A stretch of 64,000 nucleotides of DNA, from positions 169,136,001 to 169,200,000 of the forward strand of contig OX597815.1 of assembly GCA_951406725.2 (NCBI GenBank). Reading direction: 5' to 3'. This DNA comes from Octopus vulgaris (Eukaryota). The position numbers and the translations under genes are program-made. Below, piece by piece: positions 25,095 to 36,485 of this stretch (the stretch's first letter is position 1; each line of letters begins with the position of its first letter). The notes beneath the pieces were generated by a model. It ran no database searches and was not told the origin of the DNA. It was given only the letters and a program-made list of their open reading frames with translations.

Positions 25095-25601
25095 GGATGT
25101 TTACCTTTTGATCTACAGGTTTAAAAAATGATTTTTGGTAACTAAACACTTTCAAACTTTGGACACTGGTAGAATGTATCATATAAAACACTTTTTACTC
25201 TTAGCATTTTTGAGAAAAACTTATTTACGAAGTTATTTCACGTTAAAGTTTTCTTATTTCGGTAATTTCAACCAATCAATGTATATTCAGCTGAATAAAA
25301 TTACTGCTGTTGTTTGTCAACAAGAACTTCCGGCAGTGTATATTTCGTTTGTCACTGTTATTTATGACAACCCTAACCCCTTAAAACCAGTACAAACGCG
25401 CGAACAATGTCATAAATAAGTGACAAACGAAATATACACAGCCGATAGTTGTTGTTGACAAACAACGGCAGTAATACGTTTTTCTCAAAAATGCTAAGAG
25501 TAAAAGATGTTTTATATGACACATTCTACCAGTGTCCAGTTTGAAAGTGTTTAGTTACAAAAAATTATTTTTTAAACCTGTAGGTCAAAAGGTAAAGATC
25601 C
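25095..25601. mobile_element. Foldback MITE with ~125-bp TIRs, an internal second inverted pair and an 8-bp TSD
   Basis: GGATGTTTACCTTTTGA... / ...TCAAAAGGTAAAGATCC; CAATATTC duplicated at 25087-25094 and 25602-25609. Confidence 0.9.
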
Positions 25602-26019
25602 CAATATTCTACCTGTTTTGTGTTCAAACTGGCCAGAACTAGCCTGTCACCCCTATCCTACAATGCCATTCTAAAAATAATCGTTCATCAAAATTTCAAA
25701 GTTATGAGATAATTCATGAATAATTAAAAATAATGTGAATAAAATAAGAATTATATTAGATGGAGTAATCTGAATGCTAAAGAATTATAAATGAAAGTGT
25801 CTCAATTCAATATAGCAATAGCATATAGGTTTGAGTTGTGGTTTCACATTATAATGTTACATGGTTTTACTGACTCAAGATATTCTGATATTCTTTGTTC
25901 TGTCTTGTTGCAGATGAATTATATATTCCTCTGCTAACACTGTCATCGCCTCATCATTTCGTTTTGTCTTCTGTCTATTGTTGCTATCACTGATCGAACC
26001 TCTTTTTCTCAATTTTCAG

Positions 26020-26280
26020 CAGTTCACCATCACCTTCTGATTCTCCAACTGAAGAATTTCCAAGCTGGTCACAGTCAAGTTCAAGGTCAACGTCTCCCAG
26101 TAGTGATTCTAGAAGTGGTCAGTTTTCCCCATACAGTGATTACACATCATCACGGGATCGATCCCCATCACCATTCTCGCAGCATCGAAGTACATATTCA
26201 TTACAGAAAGTTTCAAGACAAAATCGAAATTATTCTCGTATTCGTTCTCCTTACAGATATTCTAATCATCACAGATCTAG
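26020..26280 (+). CDS. PPRC1: PGC-1-like exon 7 (Ser/Arg-rich RS region)
   Basis: Reads SSSPSPSD...SSRSTSPSSDSRS...RDRSPSP...RIRSPYRYSNHHRSR; NAGNAG acceptor, GTATGT donor; phase 2/2. Confidence 0.88.
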
Positions 26281-26882
26281 GTATGTACTATCATTGCAAT
26301 CATTTTAGTCCTCTTCTGCAATCGACAATGGAAATGGTGCTTCTTTTATGAACATTTTATAAAGGTGCCATTTCTCTTGTCAGACTATATTTTCTTTTCT
26401 ATTAACCCTTTAGATACCAACCCACTGAAACTGCCCTTGGTCCTATGATACAAACTTCCTATTTTAAAGTGATTTAAATTAAAATTTCATGTTAATTTAT
26501 ATTCCAAACCCCAGCTGAGTAATGTCAGTTATATGAAATAATTTTTTTAATTTTATAAATATGGTAACGAAAAGGTTAATTAATTCTCTATAAGTAATTA
26601 TTTGATAAGATTTAATATTACCCCTACCTCCTCTCTCTCTCTCTTAATCATATAATGTATTTTTATAAAAAGAAATAATCAATCTTTTCACATAATTTAA
26701 TTACACTCTGTTTACATTACATATTTGTAAAAGTATTTTAGTTTGGTTTTTCAGTGAAAAAGATTCGGAAACACTGTACTAGATTAAAGTTTTTCCTGTA
26801 TATAATATAGATATATAATTTTCACAGGTGATTTATCTCTTCCTTTTTGTGATGTATTTTATACTTTTTTTTTCCATGACAG

Positions 26883-26931
26883 ACGGCGAAGCTCTCTGAC
26901 AAATAAGTACCATGACAAAGACATACATCAG
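26883..26931 (+). CDS. PPRC1: PGC-1-like exon 8 (RRSSLTNKYHDKDIHQ)
   Basis: T-rich tract plus ACAG, donor GTAATA; phase 2 to 0 links the RS region to the RRM. Confidence 0.8.
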
Positions 26932-28193
26932 GTAATAACAGAATTCCTTTCAGTTATTTAGAATTTATCAAGTATTTAAAATTATAATTGTTGCTTAGCT
27001 TGTTTCAAGATTTTTCTGTTTAAAATTGTTCTATGTGCATTGAGCTTAGATAGTGGAATTTCATGAAGCTGTTTCTGGTAAAGTTGAATTTATTGAGTGG
27101 GAGGATAAAAACAAACAGTCCTAGGTGTAATGATAATGGTGATGCGTTGTTCAGTTTATAAGTTTATATGTAGCTTAAATAGTGCGTACATGGCTGTGTG
27201 GCTAAGAAGCTTGCTTCCTTTCCAACTATGTGGTTCAGTCCCACTGCACAGCACTTTGGCTGAGTGTCTTCTACTGTAGCCCCAGACTGACCAAACTTTT
27301 GAGAGAATTTGGTAGATACATGTTGAAAGAAATCCATCACATATGATGTGTGTGTGTGTATAAATGTGTCTACTCTTGTCTTGATATCATGTGGTGATTG
27401 TAAATGTGCTTAATTGTCATATAAGCAGTGTTGTTTGTTACTAGTCTTCCATGAAAAAACCTGTCTGGCCAGGGGAATATTACTTTGTTGAGAAACAGGT
27501 GAGGGTTAGTGGCAATAGGGCATCCAGGTGTAGAAAACTTGCCTCAACAAATTCCTTCTCATCCATGCAAGCATAGAAAAGTGGATGTTAGAACAATGAA
27601 TGATATAAACATTACTTTGTTTGCTTAAGTTTTTATCTCAAAGAAAATGGGTTGTATCACTTTCATGACTTGCATTAAACTATATATTTTTAATTTTTAT
27701 TTTATTTATTTTTATTAGCATAGATAAATTGTGGGCAAATTGTGGCCCACGAGATTTTCAGAATAGCATGCCTAACAAAAAATTGCCTTAGACGCCCAGT
27801 ACACTTATGTAAAGTGGTTGGTGTTACAAAAGGTATCATCCATCCATAGAAACCATGCCAAAACAGATGACTGGGGCCTGGTGCAGCTCTCCAGCTTACC
27901 CACTCTGGTCAAACCATCTAACCCATGGTAGCATGGGAAACATGTTAAATGTGGATTATGGGCCATGTCTGTCATGTGGCCTACGTCTCAGTGAGGTTGT
28001 CCGTGTGTGGCATGGGTGAAATGAATCTAGTTCAACTATGAAGTAGAAATGGAACTTTTATTGGTTGGCAAACTGGAGTGTATTACATAACATTTCCAGT
28101 TAGTCCAAATAATTTCCAAACCCACAGGATGTTGTTTTTTGTTGACATGTTATTATTGGTCTCCATCAAATAATTTTTAATTCATTGTTGCAG

Positions 28194-28315
28194 GATGAGC
28201 GCCGTATTGTCTATGTTGGCAAATTACCTCTTAATTACACCTCTAATCAACTAAAGGAGTTATTTAGTAAATGGGGCCCGGTAGAAAAAGTCAGCTTACA
28301 TTTCAGAGAGCATCA
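28194..28315 (+). CDS. PPRC1: PGC-1-like exon 9, RRM N-half (DERRIVYVGKLP...VEKVSLHFREH)
   Basis: ERRIVYVG is the characteristic RNP2 segment of the PGC-1/PRC RRM; canonical splice sites. Confidence 0.95.
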
Positions 28316-29394
28316 GTAAGTACATTTTTAGTTCTATTCTGTGCTTGTTTCTCATTAAGATAGCATGTAGTAAATAGTTCTAAAAATTTGACTGTTGCAT
28401 AAATTGCAGAGCCATTTCTTGAACTGTATAATGGTTAACTGGTTCTTAACAAGTCATTTGTTAATGAAAGCTGTCTTTTTTTTTCTTTTTTTTCTTTCTT
28501 TCTTTCTTTCTCAAATCCAGTTAGGTAGGCAGTAGTCATGAAAGCATTATAATGTTATTGAAAAGGAAATTTAAACCTTTAACATTCAGATTAATCTGTC
28601 CAATGTAATGCTTATTTATTAACATTGTTTTGAATTAATCCTTGTAGCCTCAAGATTTCAGTGATAGGATTGGTGTGAAAGGCCTGATCTGGCCAGTTTG
28701 AACATAAAAAGGGTTGGATATTTTGGCTGACATGGCTGGTTTAAATTTTAGAGAGTTAAACTTGATTATCGTTAGTGGTAGTTCTCCATTCTCATTGTTT
28801 TCTATGGGGTTTATTTTACAGCTGGATGTGTTTACAAGGGCATCCAGCCATAGAAACCGTGCTAAATCTGACATTGGAATTTTACGTGTCTCTGGTGCTT
28901 GACAGATTCTGTCAGGGAAAAGGATGTTAAATGATGACACCCTTTCTGTTGCCAATCCTTTTGGTAGCTTATACACACGTGTGTGTAAGAATTCCAGGTG
29001 GTGACATTTTTCAATTTTATAGGGAGAAAGTATATATATCATAACAGTCTGAAAACCCATTCTGGTTGACTTGAAAATAATTTTAATATTTTGATTATAA
29101 AATGCGATTATATGGAGTTTATAAAAAGAAATTATCAAAAAGGTATTCATAAATACAAAATTCAATTTAGTTTTAAAATATAAGTGAAATTAAAAAATTA
29201 AAATTTTATGTAAAAGCTCTTTGCAATTAAGTCTAAATGTACATATATAATTTATATTGTATGTGTATTTATAAGGGTATATGTGCATACATTGTGTGTT
29301 AATGTGTATATATATATATACATACACACACACACACATGCCCCATTATAATTAAAGTGTTACATTAAATTGTATGTCTTGTTTCTTTTTACAG

Positions 29395-29453
29395 GGATAA
29401 TTATGGATTTGTTACATTTTATCACCAAAGTGATGCCTACCTTAGTATGGATG
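29395..29453 (+). CDS. PPRC1: PGC-1-like exon 10, RNP1 (DNYGFVTFYHQSDAYLSMD)
   Basis: DNYGFVT matches the PGC-1-family RNP1; ACAG acceptor and GTATGT donor. Confidence 0.95.
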
Positions 29454-30576
29454 GTATGTATTAAATTTTAACCCTTTCATTACAATATTTCTGTCAAAGT
29501 ACACCACTTTTTTCAGTTGGTTTTGAAAAATAATACAAAAGTTTTAATTCAGATTACTTTAAACAGATGGCTTGATTCATAGATCTAGGTCTAGGAGTAG
29601 TCTGACTGGTTGTTATCAAGAGTTAAATATGATTCCAATATCCTCATCGGTTAACATCTGCCTTCCATGCTGGCATGGGCTGGGCGGTTTGGCAGGAGCC
29701 TGCATCAGACTTCTGTGTCTGTTTTGGTACAGTTTTTACAATTGGATGTCCTTCATAACACCAGCCACCCAGCAGGTTGGACTGTTATTAAAATCATGTA
29801 AGGCAGCAAGCTGGCTGAATTGTTAGCAAACTGGACAGACTGCTTACCAGCATTTCATCTGTCTGCATGTTTTGAGTTCAAATTCTGTTGCAGTAGGCTT
29901 TGCCTTTCATCCTTTCAGGCTCAATAAAATAAATAACAGTTAAGCACTGGGTTGATGTAATCAACTTTTTCCTCCTCTGAAATTGGAGGCCTTGTGCCAA
30001 AATTTGAAACCAATATATATTCACAGTACTAGTTCCACTATAAAGCCATAATTTTCTAGAACAGTGATGTGTGCGTGTGTGTGTGTATATGTAAACATGG
30101 AAATTACACACTAAAACAAAGTAATGTGGAACATCTTCAGTGTTTCACTGAGATTATCCTTGACGGGTCAATGTTTTGAGAAAATTTGCCATTGGTGACA
30201 TTTCTGATGTAGAGATGCTATCTTTGGCTCCCCCTGCCTGCCGCCTCTTTATAATTCATAAACAAGAGCATCATTCTAGGCTTTTACAATGTACCAGTTC
30301 CTGGTTTACTGCATTTTTAATGCTGAGAGTGGCATGGTAGAATCCCAGTAAATTTGTCCAATGAACATTGGCTTTTCACTGAGGTTTACATCCTTCACAC
30401 TATTGCAAAAGATTAAATACACACACACACAGCTTTGTTGCCATATGGTCTCAAGCTCTGTCTCATTGCATGAAACCATGGGCAAGAGTCTTTTAGTGTA
30501 GCCCCAAAAATGAAAGATGGGGAAACACGCAAGTCAAGACAGGGAGACACATACATATACCCAGAACTACGCTAAT

Positions 30577-30763
30577 AGCTTAAGAGTGAAATTTAGGATT
30601 TTTTGGTTTTCTGTAAATTGATTTTGATAAAACTTTCCCCAGCTGGTTTGAACACTATGGCAACACCATTGTTATGTTTCCATAGTGTGCAAACCAGCTG
30701 GGAAAAGTTTTATGAAAATTGATTCACAGAAAACTGAGAAATTTTAAATTTTACTCTTAAGCT
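30577..30763. mobile_element. Palindromic (hairpin) MITE, ~187 bp
   Basis: Arms of ~85 bp, AGCTTAAGAGT...CCAGCTGGTTTGAACACTATGG / CCATAGTGTGCAAACCAGCTGG...ACTCTTAAGCT, around a short loop. Confidence 0.8.
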
Positions 30764-31303
30764 TGGTTGTATGTGTGTATGTATAATATATATCTATATA
30801 GAACACACTTGCACAAGATGCCATGCAGTGGGACTGAACTTGAAACCATGTAGTTAGAGAGCAGACTTCTTACTATCTGTATTCATACACACACACACAC
30901 CCTGTTTGTGTGTGTACATGCTCATGTGATGAAAAATAGTGGACAAATTGTCCTGTAACTCTGCGTGAGTGGAATAGAAGATCTCTTGCTTGAAGAAACG
31001 GGTAAGGGTTAATGACAAAGGTATTCGGCTGTTAAACAATTCTCCAATTAATGCTAGCATGGGGGAATGGACATCAAACAAACTAAAACACACAAATGAC
31101 AAGATTCTGTGCAGTTTCTTTCGTACCAAATTCCACTCATAGAACCATTAATCAGCCTGTTTATGATGTGCAGTAGGCTGTGAATCAAATTTCTCAATTA
31201 AATGTGCATCTGCTTCTATATTGCTTTATCTTGTTCTTTTATTCAATTGTTATCCATTAAGAATTATATTTACTAATTACTTTTTTTTTATTTATTTTTT
31301 TAG

Positions 31304-31387
31304 CAACTAGTAAAATAAAAGATTTTCCATTTGATGTTTGTTTTGGTGGAAGGAGAACATTTTGTCAGGAGTCTTATGCTGATCTTG
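31304..31387 (+). CDS. PPRC1: PGC-1-like exon 11 (PFDVCFGGRRTFCQESYADL)
   Basis: FDxCFGGRRxFCxxxYADLD is diagnostic of PPRC1/PPARGC1/Spargel. Confidence 0.96.
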
Positions 31388-31644
31388 GTAAATATCTTAT
31401 TATTTTTATTATTTTCACCGGTGTTGCTTCCGTTTTTTATTCCTATAATAGGGATATTAGAATTTAAAATCAGACAATGTGAAATAGAGCAATAATATGA
31501 AACTTGGGTGTTCTTTTGGTCAACATAATATCTTTAAACGAGCAACTTTTTTTTATTATCAGGAATTATAAACCTGCTTACTGTGTACAAAATGGTAATG
31601 TGTGGTAGTATTTTTTAGTGAAATGTGAATAGTAAAAAAAAATG

Positions 31645-32140
31645 AGGACCTAGAAGAATGTGTGTGCAAGAGAAAAGACTGCTGCTGTGGCCATGTAAAG
31701 CATATGAACAAAGACGGTTCCATCAAGAGGTGCCGATCTCTAATTGTAGAGGAAACATGTGGAAGGGGTAGAGCAAGGAAGTTGTGGGATGAAGTGGTGA
31801 GAAAAGATCTACAGATGTTGGGATTCAGAGGTGGGATGGCAGGGAACCAAGCTTCCTGGCAGTTTGCTGTGCTTGAAAAGACATGTCAAACTAAGTAAAG
31901 TTTGGTTGTCCTTGCATACAGGTTCATCCCTTGCAACCTCTCCAGCTGAGCATCCCTAATCTCATGGCCTCGTCAGTGCTGATGCCATGTAAAAACACCT
32001 AGTACATTCTGTAAAGTGATTGGCGTTAGGAAGGGCATCCAGCCATAGAAACCATGCCAGAAACAGCCTTTCAGCTGGTTGGCTCCTGTCAAACCATCCA
32101 ACCCATGACTGCATGGAAAATGGACATTAAATGATGATAT
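31645..32140 (+). mobile_element. RTE-like LINE 3' fragment
   Basis: GHVKHM...GRGRARKLWDEVVRKDL C-terminus followed by the (GAT)n-tailed 3' UTR repeat. Confidence 0.75.
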
Positions 32141-33037
32141 TGCAGAAGCTGATTCTTGTTGCTGTTGTTGACGGCTTTATGTTTAGGCTGAGGTATAAGT
32201 TAAATTTGGAGCTTAAATGTAGTCTTTAAGCTATAGTTTTATTTCCCTTTGCAATCCCATAAGCCTGATTGGCATAATAAACTGTCTACTGTTCACTTGT
32301 ATTTTATATCATATTTTTGATATTTACCAAGCACTTTTCAGTACTGCAAACAATCATTAGTGAAATAAAACAAAAAAAAAAAAAAATGCATACCGACTTG
32401 ATGTGTGTCATGTCACAGGCCATGTGCATATTGAACATTTGTGAATTTGGTTATAAAATCTACATCGCTCTGAATCTCTTGTTTGAATTTTGATAAATCT
32501 TTTACTGTTCAACATGAAGCCCATTTAACATGTAGTTACTGTAATCCCTTGCCATATAGCGGTTTGTTATTTAAGCTTACAGTGATTCCTCCGTGGTGTT
32601 GTTTTGCAGTTATGATAAAAATAAATATATAAAAAAAAATATATGCAGTACTGTTTCTACTTTGCAGATTTTCACCTATCACGGGGTTTTGAAATGTAAT
32701 ACCTGTGATAGTCAAGGGATTATTGTACTCAGATATTCACATTTCAAATGTCAATTTTTTTTGAGACCCTGTATGTGTGTATAAAAAGTATTGGTTAGCT
32801 CAGAGCTATGGTAAAAGACACTTGCCTAAGCTGTTCACAATGGTTATTAACATTAATTTAATTGCATCTTTGACATTAAGCAGGTCATAGAAATGGCAAA
32901 ATATTTGTGTCAGGTTAAGGAAATTCTAGTTCTTCCATGATGTAATTGCTAATATCTATTGTGTTTAAGTGAAATTTTTTAAACATGCAATCAATATTAG
33001 ACATTTTTTTATTTATTTTATTTATTTATTTTTTCAG

Positions 33038-33141
33038 ACAGTTTGGTGGAAGATGAAGAGGAGTTTGGAACAGTAATCCAAACATCTAATGTGTCGTTTG
33101 AGCAACTTTTAAAAGATTGGAAGCGTGACAGGAAACATTGA
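33038..33141 (+). CDS. PPRC1: PGC-1-like terminal coding exon 12 (DSLVEDEEEF...SFEQLLKDWKRDRKH*)
   Basis: TTTCAG acceptor; FEQLLK corresponds to the FDSLLK tail of vertebrate PGC-1; TGA at 33139-33141. Confidence 0.93.
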
Positions 33142-35665
33142 CAACATTAGGGTTTAAGAAAAATTTATAATTAGTAAAACAGTGGAAAAGCCAGCTCATG
33201 ATTTTTTTTTTTTTCTTTTTTTCTGAGGAGACTAGTATGGTATTTTCCTTGACCAAAATGTATGGACTTAATGAATTATCTAGTATTAAACATACTTTGT
33301 GGAAATGGAGTAAAAATTATTCATACCTCAAATTGAAAAACAGTTAAAATGCAAACAAAATAAAGTAGTAAGACTACTGAAACCTTCCTAAAATTGTCAT
33401 TTTGTTTTTAATTAGCATATAATTATGATTTGGAAATTAGAAAATTTGTAAATTGCCTTGTTATTTGTATTTAAAATGGTTACTGTCTGGGTGTATGTTC
33501 AAGAGATAAAAGTTCTCTTTTATCAGCCTTAATATTTGAAATATGTATAAAAGAATCCATGTGTAATGGGTTAAGTTTTGTTTACATGTTTTTTTTTTTT
33601 TTACCATGTGGTTCTGGTTATGTCAACTGTTTCTTTCTTAGATTTCTTTTTATGGTGATTTATATGAAGTTGTGATCAGTCTTGTTTTTTGTTTTTTTTT
33701 ATGTTCTTTTATGTTTGCATTTGTTTGTTAAAATTTACTCCAGTTAACTACAAAGCTCAATAGAATTTATTTTAAAAACTTCGTGGGTTTCTCTTTTTTT
33801 TTTTTTGTTTAATTTTTTAATTTTTACATTGAGTATGAAAAATGATGGATACAGAAATTAGCAGAAAAAATATATATAATTGGTTTGATAAAGAAAGGCA
33901 GGTGTAATTTGAGATGGCAGATCTAATAGGACATTTAATTTTGTGAAACTCAAAAAAAAATACCATTGTTAATGAATTTGGCAGGTTTAATGGTATTTTT
34001 AAGTTACTTCCCCTCTCCGGTGCTCTGTCAGTGATTGCAGCAATCTGGGGAGATAAGAGGCTCTGTCATGGAATGGAAATGAATTGTTGAGCTGAATGTT
34101 TAAATTCTCGGGGCCAGGGCCATTTTGCTTTGCTGGTGCTCTTGGGAAAGGCATGAACGTCACATTTCTCAACTTTATGTTCTTTGAAACCAGTGGGGTT
34201 GATTAGCTATTTAATAAATTCTAACTTTGGCTTTATCACAATTGCAGGAAATAGATATTAATTGTATATGTGCAGGTTCTAATTTCAATTTTTTCTTAGT
34301 CTTTTTTTCTTCTTTGATCAAATAATTCTGCGTTCCTTTTAGAAAGGTTTTCTGCTAAAATTCTAAAGTTGAAATGTTTCCGGACATGACTATTTTACAT
34401 GAAATATGCTTTTAAATTGCTTGTACTTTCAAACTATCTGGTAGTATATAAAGTTAGTATTGTGACCTTGTTAATAATTTGATTTATTTGCAGTTTCCTT
34501 ATTAATTTTTATAACCTCATTGTCCTTTCTGAAAAGAGATATTTTTCTTATGCTAGTAATTATGAAAGAAAAAAATTTTAGACCAAATGCTAAGCCTGTT
34601 TTATTTGATCAAATGTGAACTTGAGCTCCTCTTCTTTCTGTGATAACCTTGTGTATCATGGCTGTGAACATAAAACATTACTTAACATCTATATCGGTTT
34701 CACATAACATCTTGGAAAAAGATGTGTCTACTCTTAATTTTAAATACTTAGTGTAGTTTGAAGGATTAGAGATAGATGGTGTAAAGTTACATTTAGATTT
34801 TTCTCAATATGAATAACTAGTTAGAGCATTTCTCAAAACTAATTTGAGAATATAAATGTTTTGAAAATTCTTTTGTAGTTGTCCTCAGTATTTGAATGTT
34901 AATTCAGTTGAGCTTTGTTTTGAATTTATAGCTTGTTTAACAAGTAACAATGTCCATAATGGATCAACCCTTAACAGTTGCAAAAGTTTTAAGATTCTCT
35001 TTGCAAGTGTATGTAAGACTTTATAAGGTTTTGCTTATTAACTAAAATATTCAATATTCTACTAAAACATGTAAGCTACATTGGATTTCTTTTTCATGTT
35101 AAGATTATGATTTAAAAAATTTTTTTATACAGAAAATGTTTATTTTTCTATAGTTAATATTCCTTCAAAATGCTATCCAGGTTGCTTCGCTTTTACCGGT
35201 TCAAATTTCTTTCCCAGTTCCTATCATATTTCCATCTTTCAATCATGTTGTCAAATTATTAAAAAATTGCCACTCCGGACAATAATTTCTCTTGGTTTCT
35301 ATTGATATCTCATTCTTTTGTAACTGGCAAGTGTATGCTGCTTGCTTTGTACAAGTTTGTAATGCCCCTTTCTTTTCAAGTTTTTTTTTTTGTCCTCTCC
35401 CTACATTCATATTTCATTCTTTCATATTACCAATTAAGATATAAATGTAAATATAAAGAACCAAACTGGTATCTGAGAAATTATCTTGGATTTTGAACAG
35501 AAATTTTGTCTCTGAATTTGTAAACTGCTTCCTCTGATATAATTACATAAAAACAACAACTGTTTAAAGTTTTAATTACTATTTAATTTAAAGCTAATTG
35601 CATAAAATTTGTCTTCAACTTCTCCCATTTTGTTATTTTGTAAATAAACATTGAAAAAATTTTTT
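33142..35665 (+). other. Probable ~2.5-kb 3' UTR of the PGC-1-like gene
   Basis: U-rich stretch with no recognisable transposon, ending at TGTA-AATAAA (AATAAA 35643-35648); repeats resume shortly after. The end position is approximate. Confidence 0.6.
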
Positions 35666-36266
35666 TAAGTAAACTGAGTCATTTTATTGATCTTTAAAAG
35701 TGTGTTTCAGTCTGGAAACTTGGCTGAATAATTTTTTTATAGCTAAATTTTTTCAGGTTAGAAAGTAGCTTAGGCTAGTTGCTATCTGTTGTTCCTATGT
35801 GAATGATGCAAATTTTCAATAAATCTTCATTGTAATGTCCACCTTCCCATCCTTGCCCATGGGTTGGGCAGATTTTGGCTGATATTGTATAGCCAGAAGC
35901 TCTTCCTCTCGCTACCCTTGACATGTTTTGAACTAAGATATTCTCTTATGTATTGAACAATGAGCAGCCTAGATGTAGAGCCTTTTTTCTTTCTTTTTTC
36001 AAAGAGCATGCAACATGTCAGGTGGCCCTTGCATGATTTCGTGATTGACTGCAAACATATGACACCAGCTGTATTGATAGTGAGGTTGATTGTTTAGTCA
36101 GTGAACACATGTAAAAATGAGAAAATTGCAAACCTTTACATGCACACACATGTATATATAATCATAATTTAACATCCGTTGTCCATGCAGGCATGGACTG
36201 GGCAGTTAGACCAAGGCTGGTAAGTTGAGTGGCTGAACCAGATTTGGCATGGTATGTTGAAGGTAA

Positions 36267-36485
36267 GGTGGCGAGCTGGCATAACCGTTAGCATGCCGGG
36301 CGAAATGCGTAGCCGTATTTCGTCTGCTGTTACTTTCTGAGCTCAAATTCCGCCGAGGTCGACTTTACCATTCATTCTTTCGGGGGTCGATAAATTAAGT
36401 ACCAGTTATGTACTGGGGTCGATGTAATCGACTTAATCTGTTTGTCCCCTCTGTGTTTAGCTCCTTGTTGGTAGTAAAGAAATAG
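36267..36485 (+). mobile_element. tRNA-derived SINE with Nin/Deu-like central domain (representative copy)
   Basis: A/B-box-like head then GTCGACTTT..TTCATyCTTTCGGGGTCGATAAATTAAGTACCAG. Other copies at ~1325-1540, 2006-2222, 29800-30010, 41198-41835 and 54780-55012. Confidence 0.8.

Noticed and set aside
26081-26089. ERR element TCAAGGTCA as an autoregulatory site
   Set aside because: It lies in RS-coding sequence (Ser-Arg-Ser codons) and is explained by the protein.
28650-29165. 171-aa minus-strand ORF
   Set aside because: It runs through MITE and LINE-tail repeats and AT-rich intron; no protein features.
34022-34040. Iron-responsive element (CAGTG loop) in the PGC-1 3' UTR
   Set aside because: The required 5-bp upper stem does not pair.
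36267-36355. tRNA genes
   Set aside because: The A/B-box-like heads belong to SINEs and do not fold into a cloverleaf.
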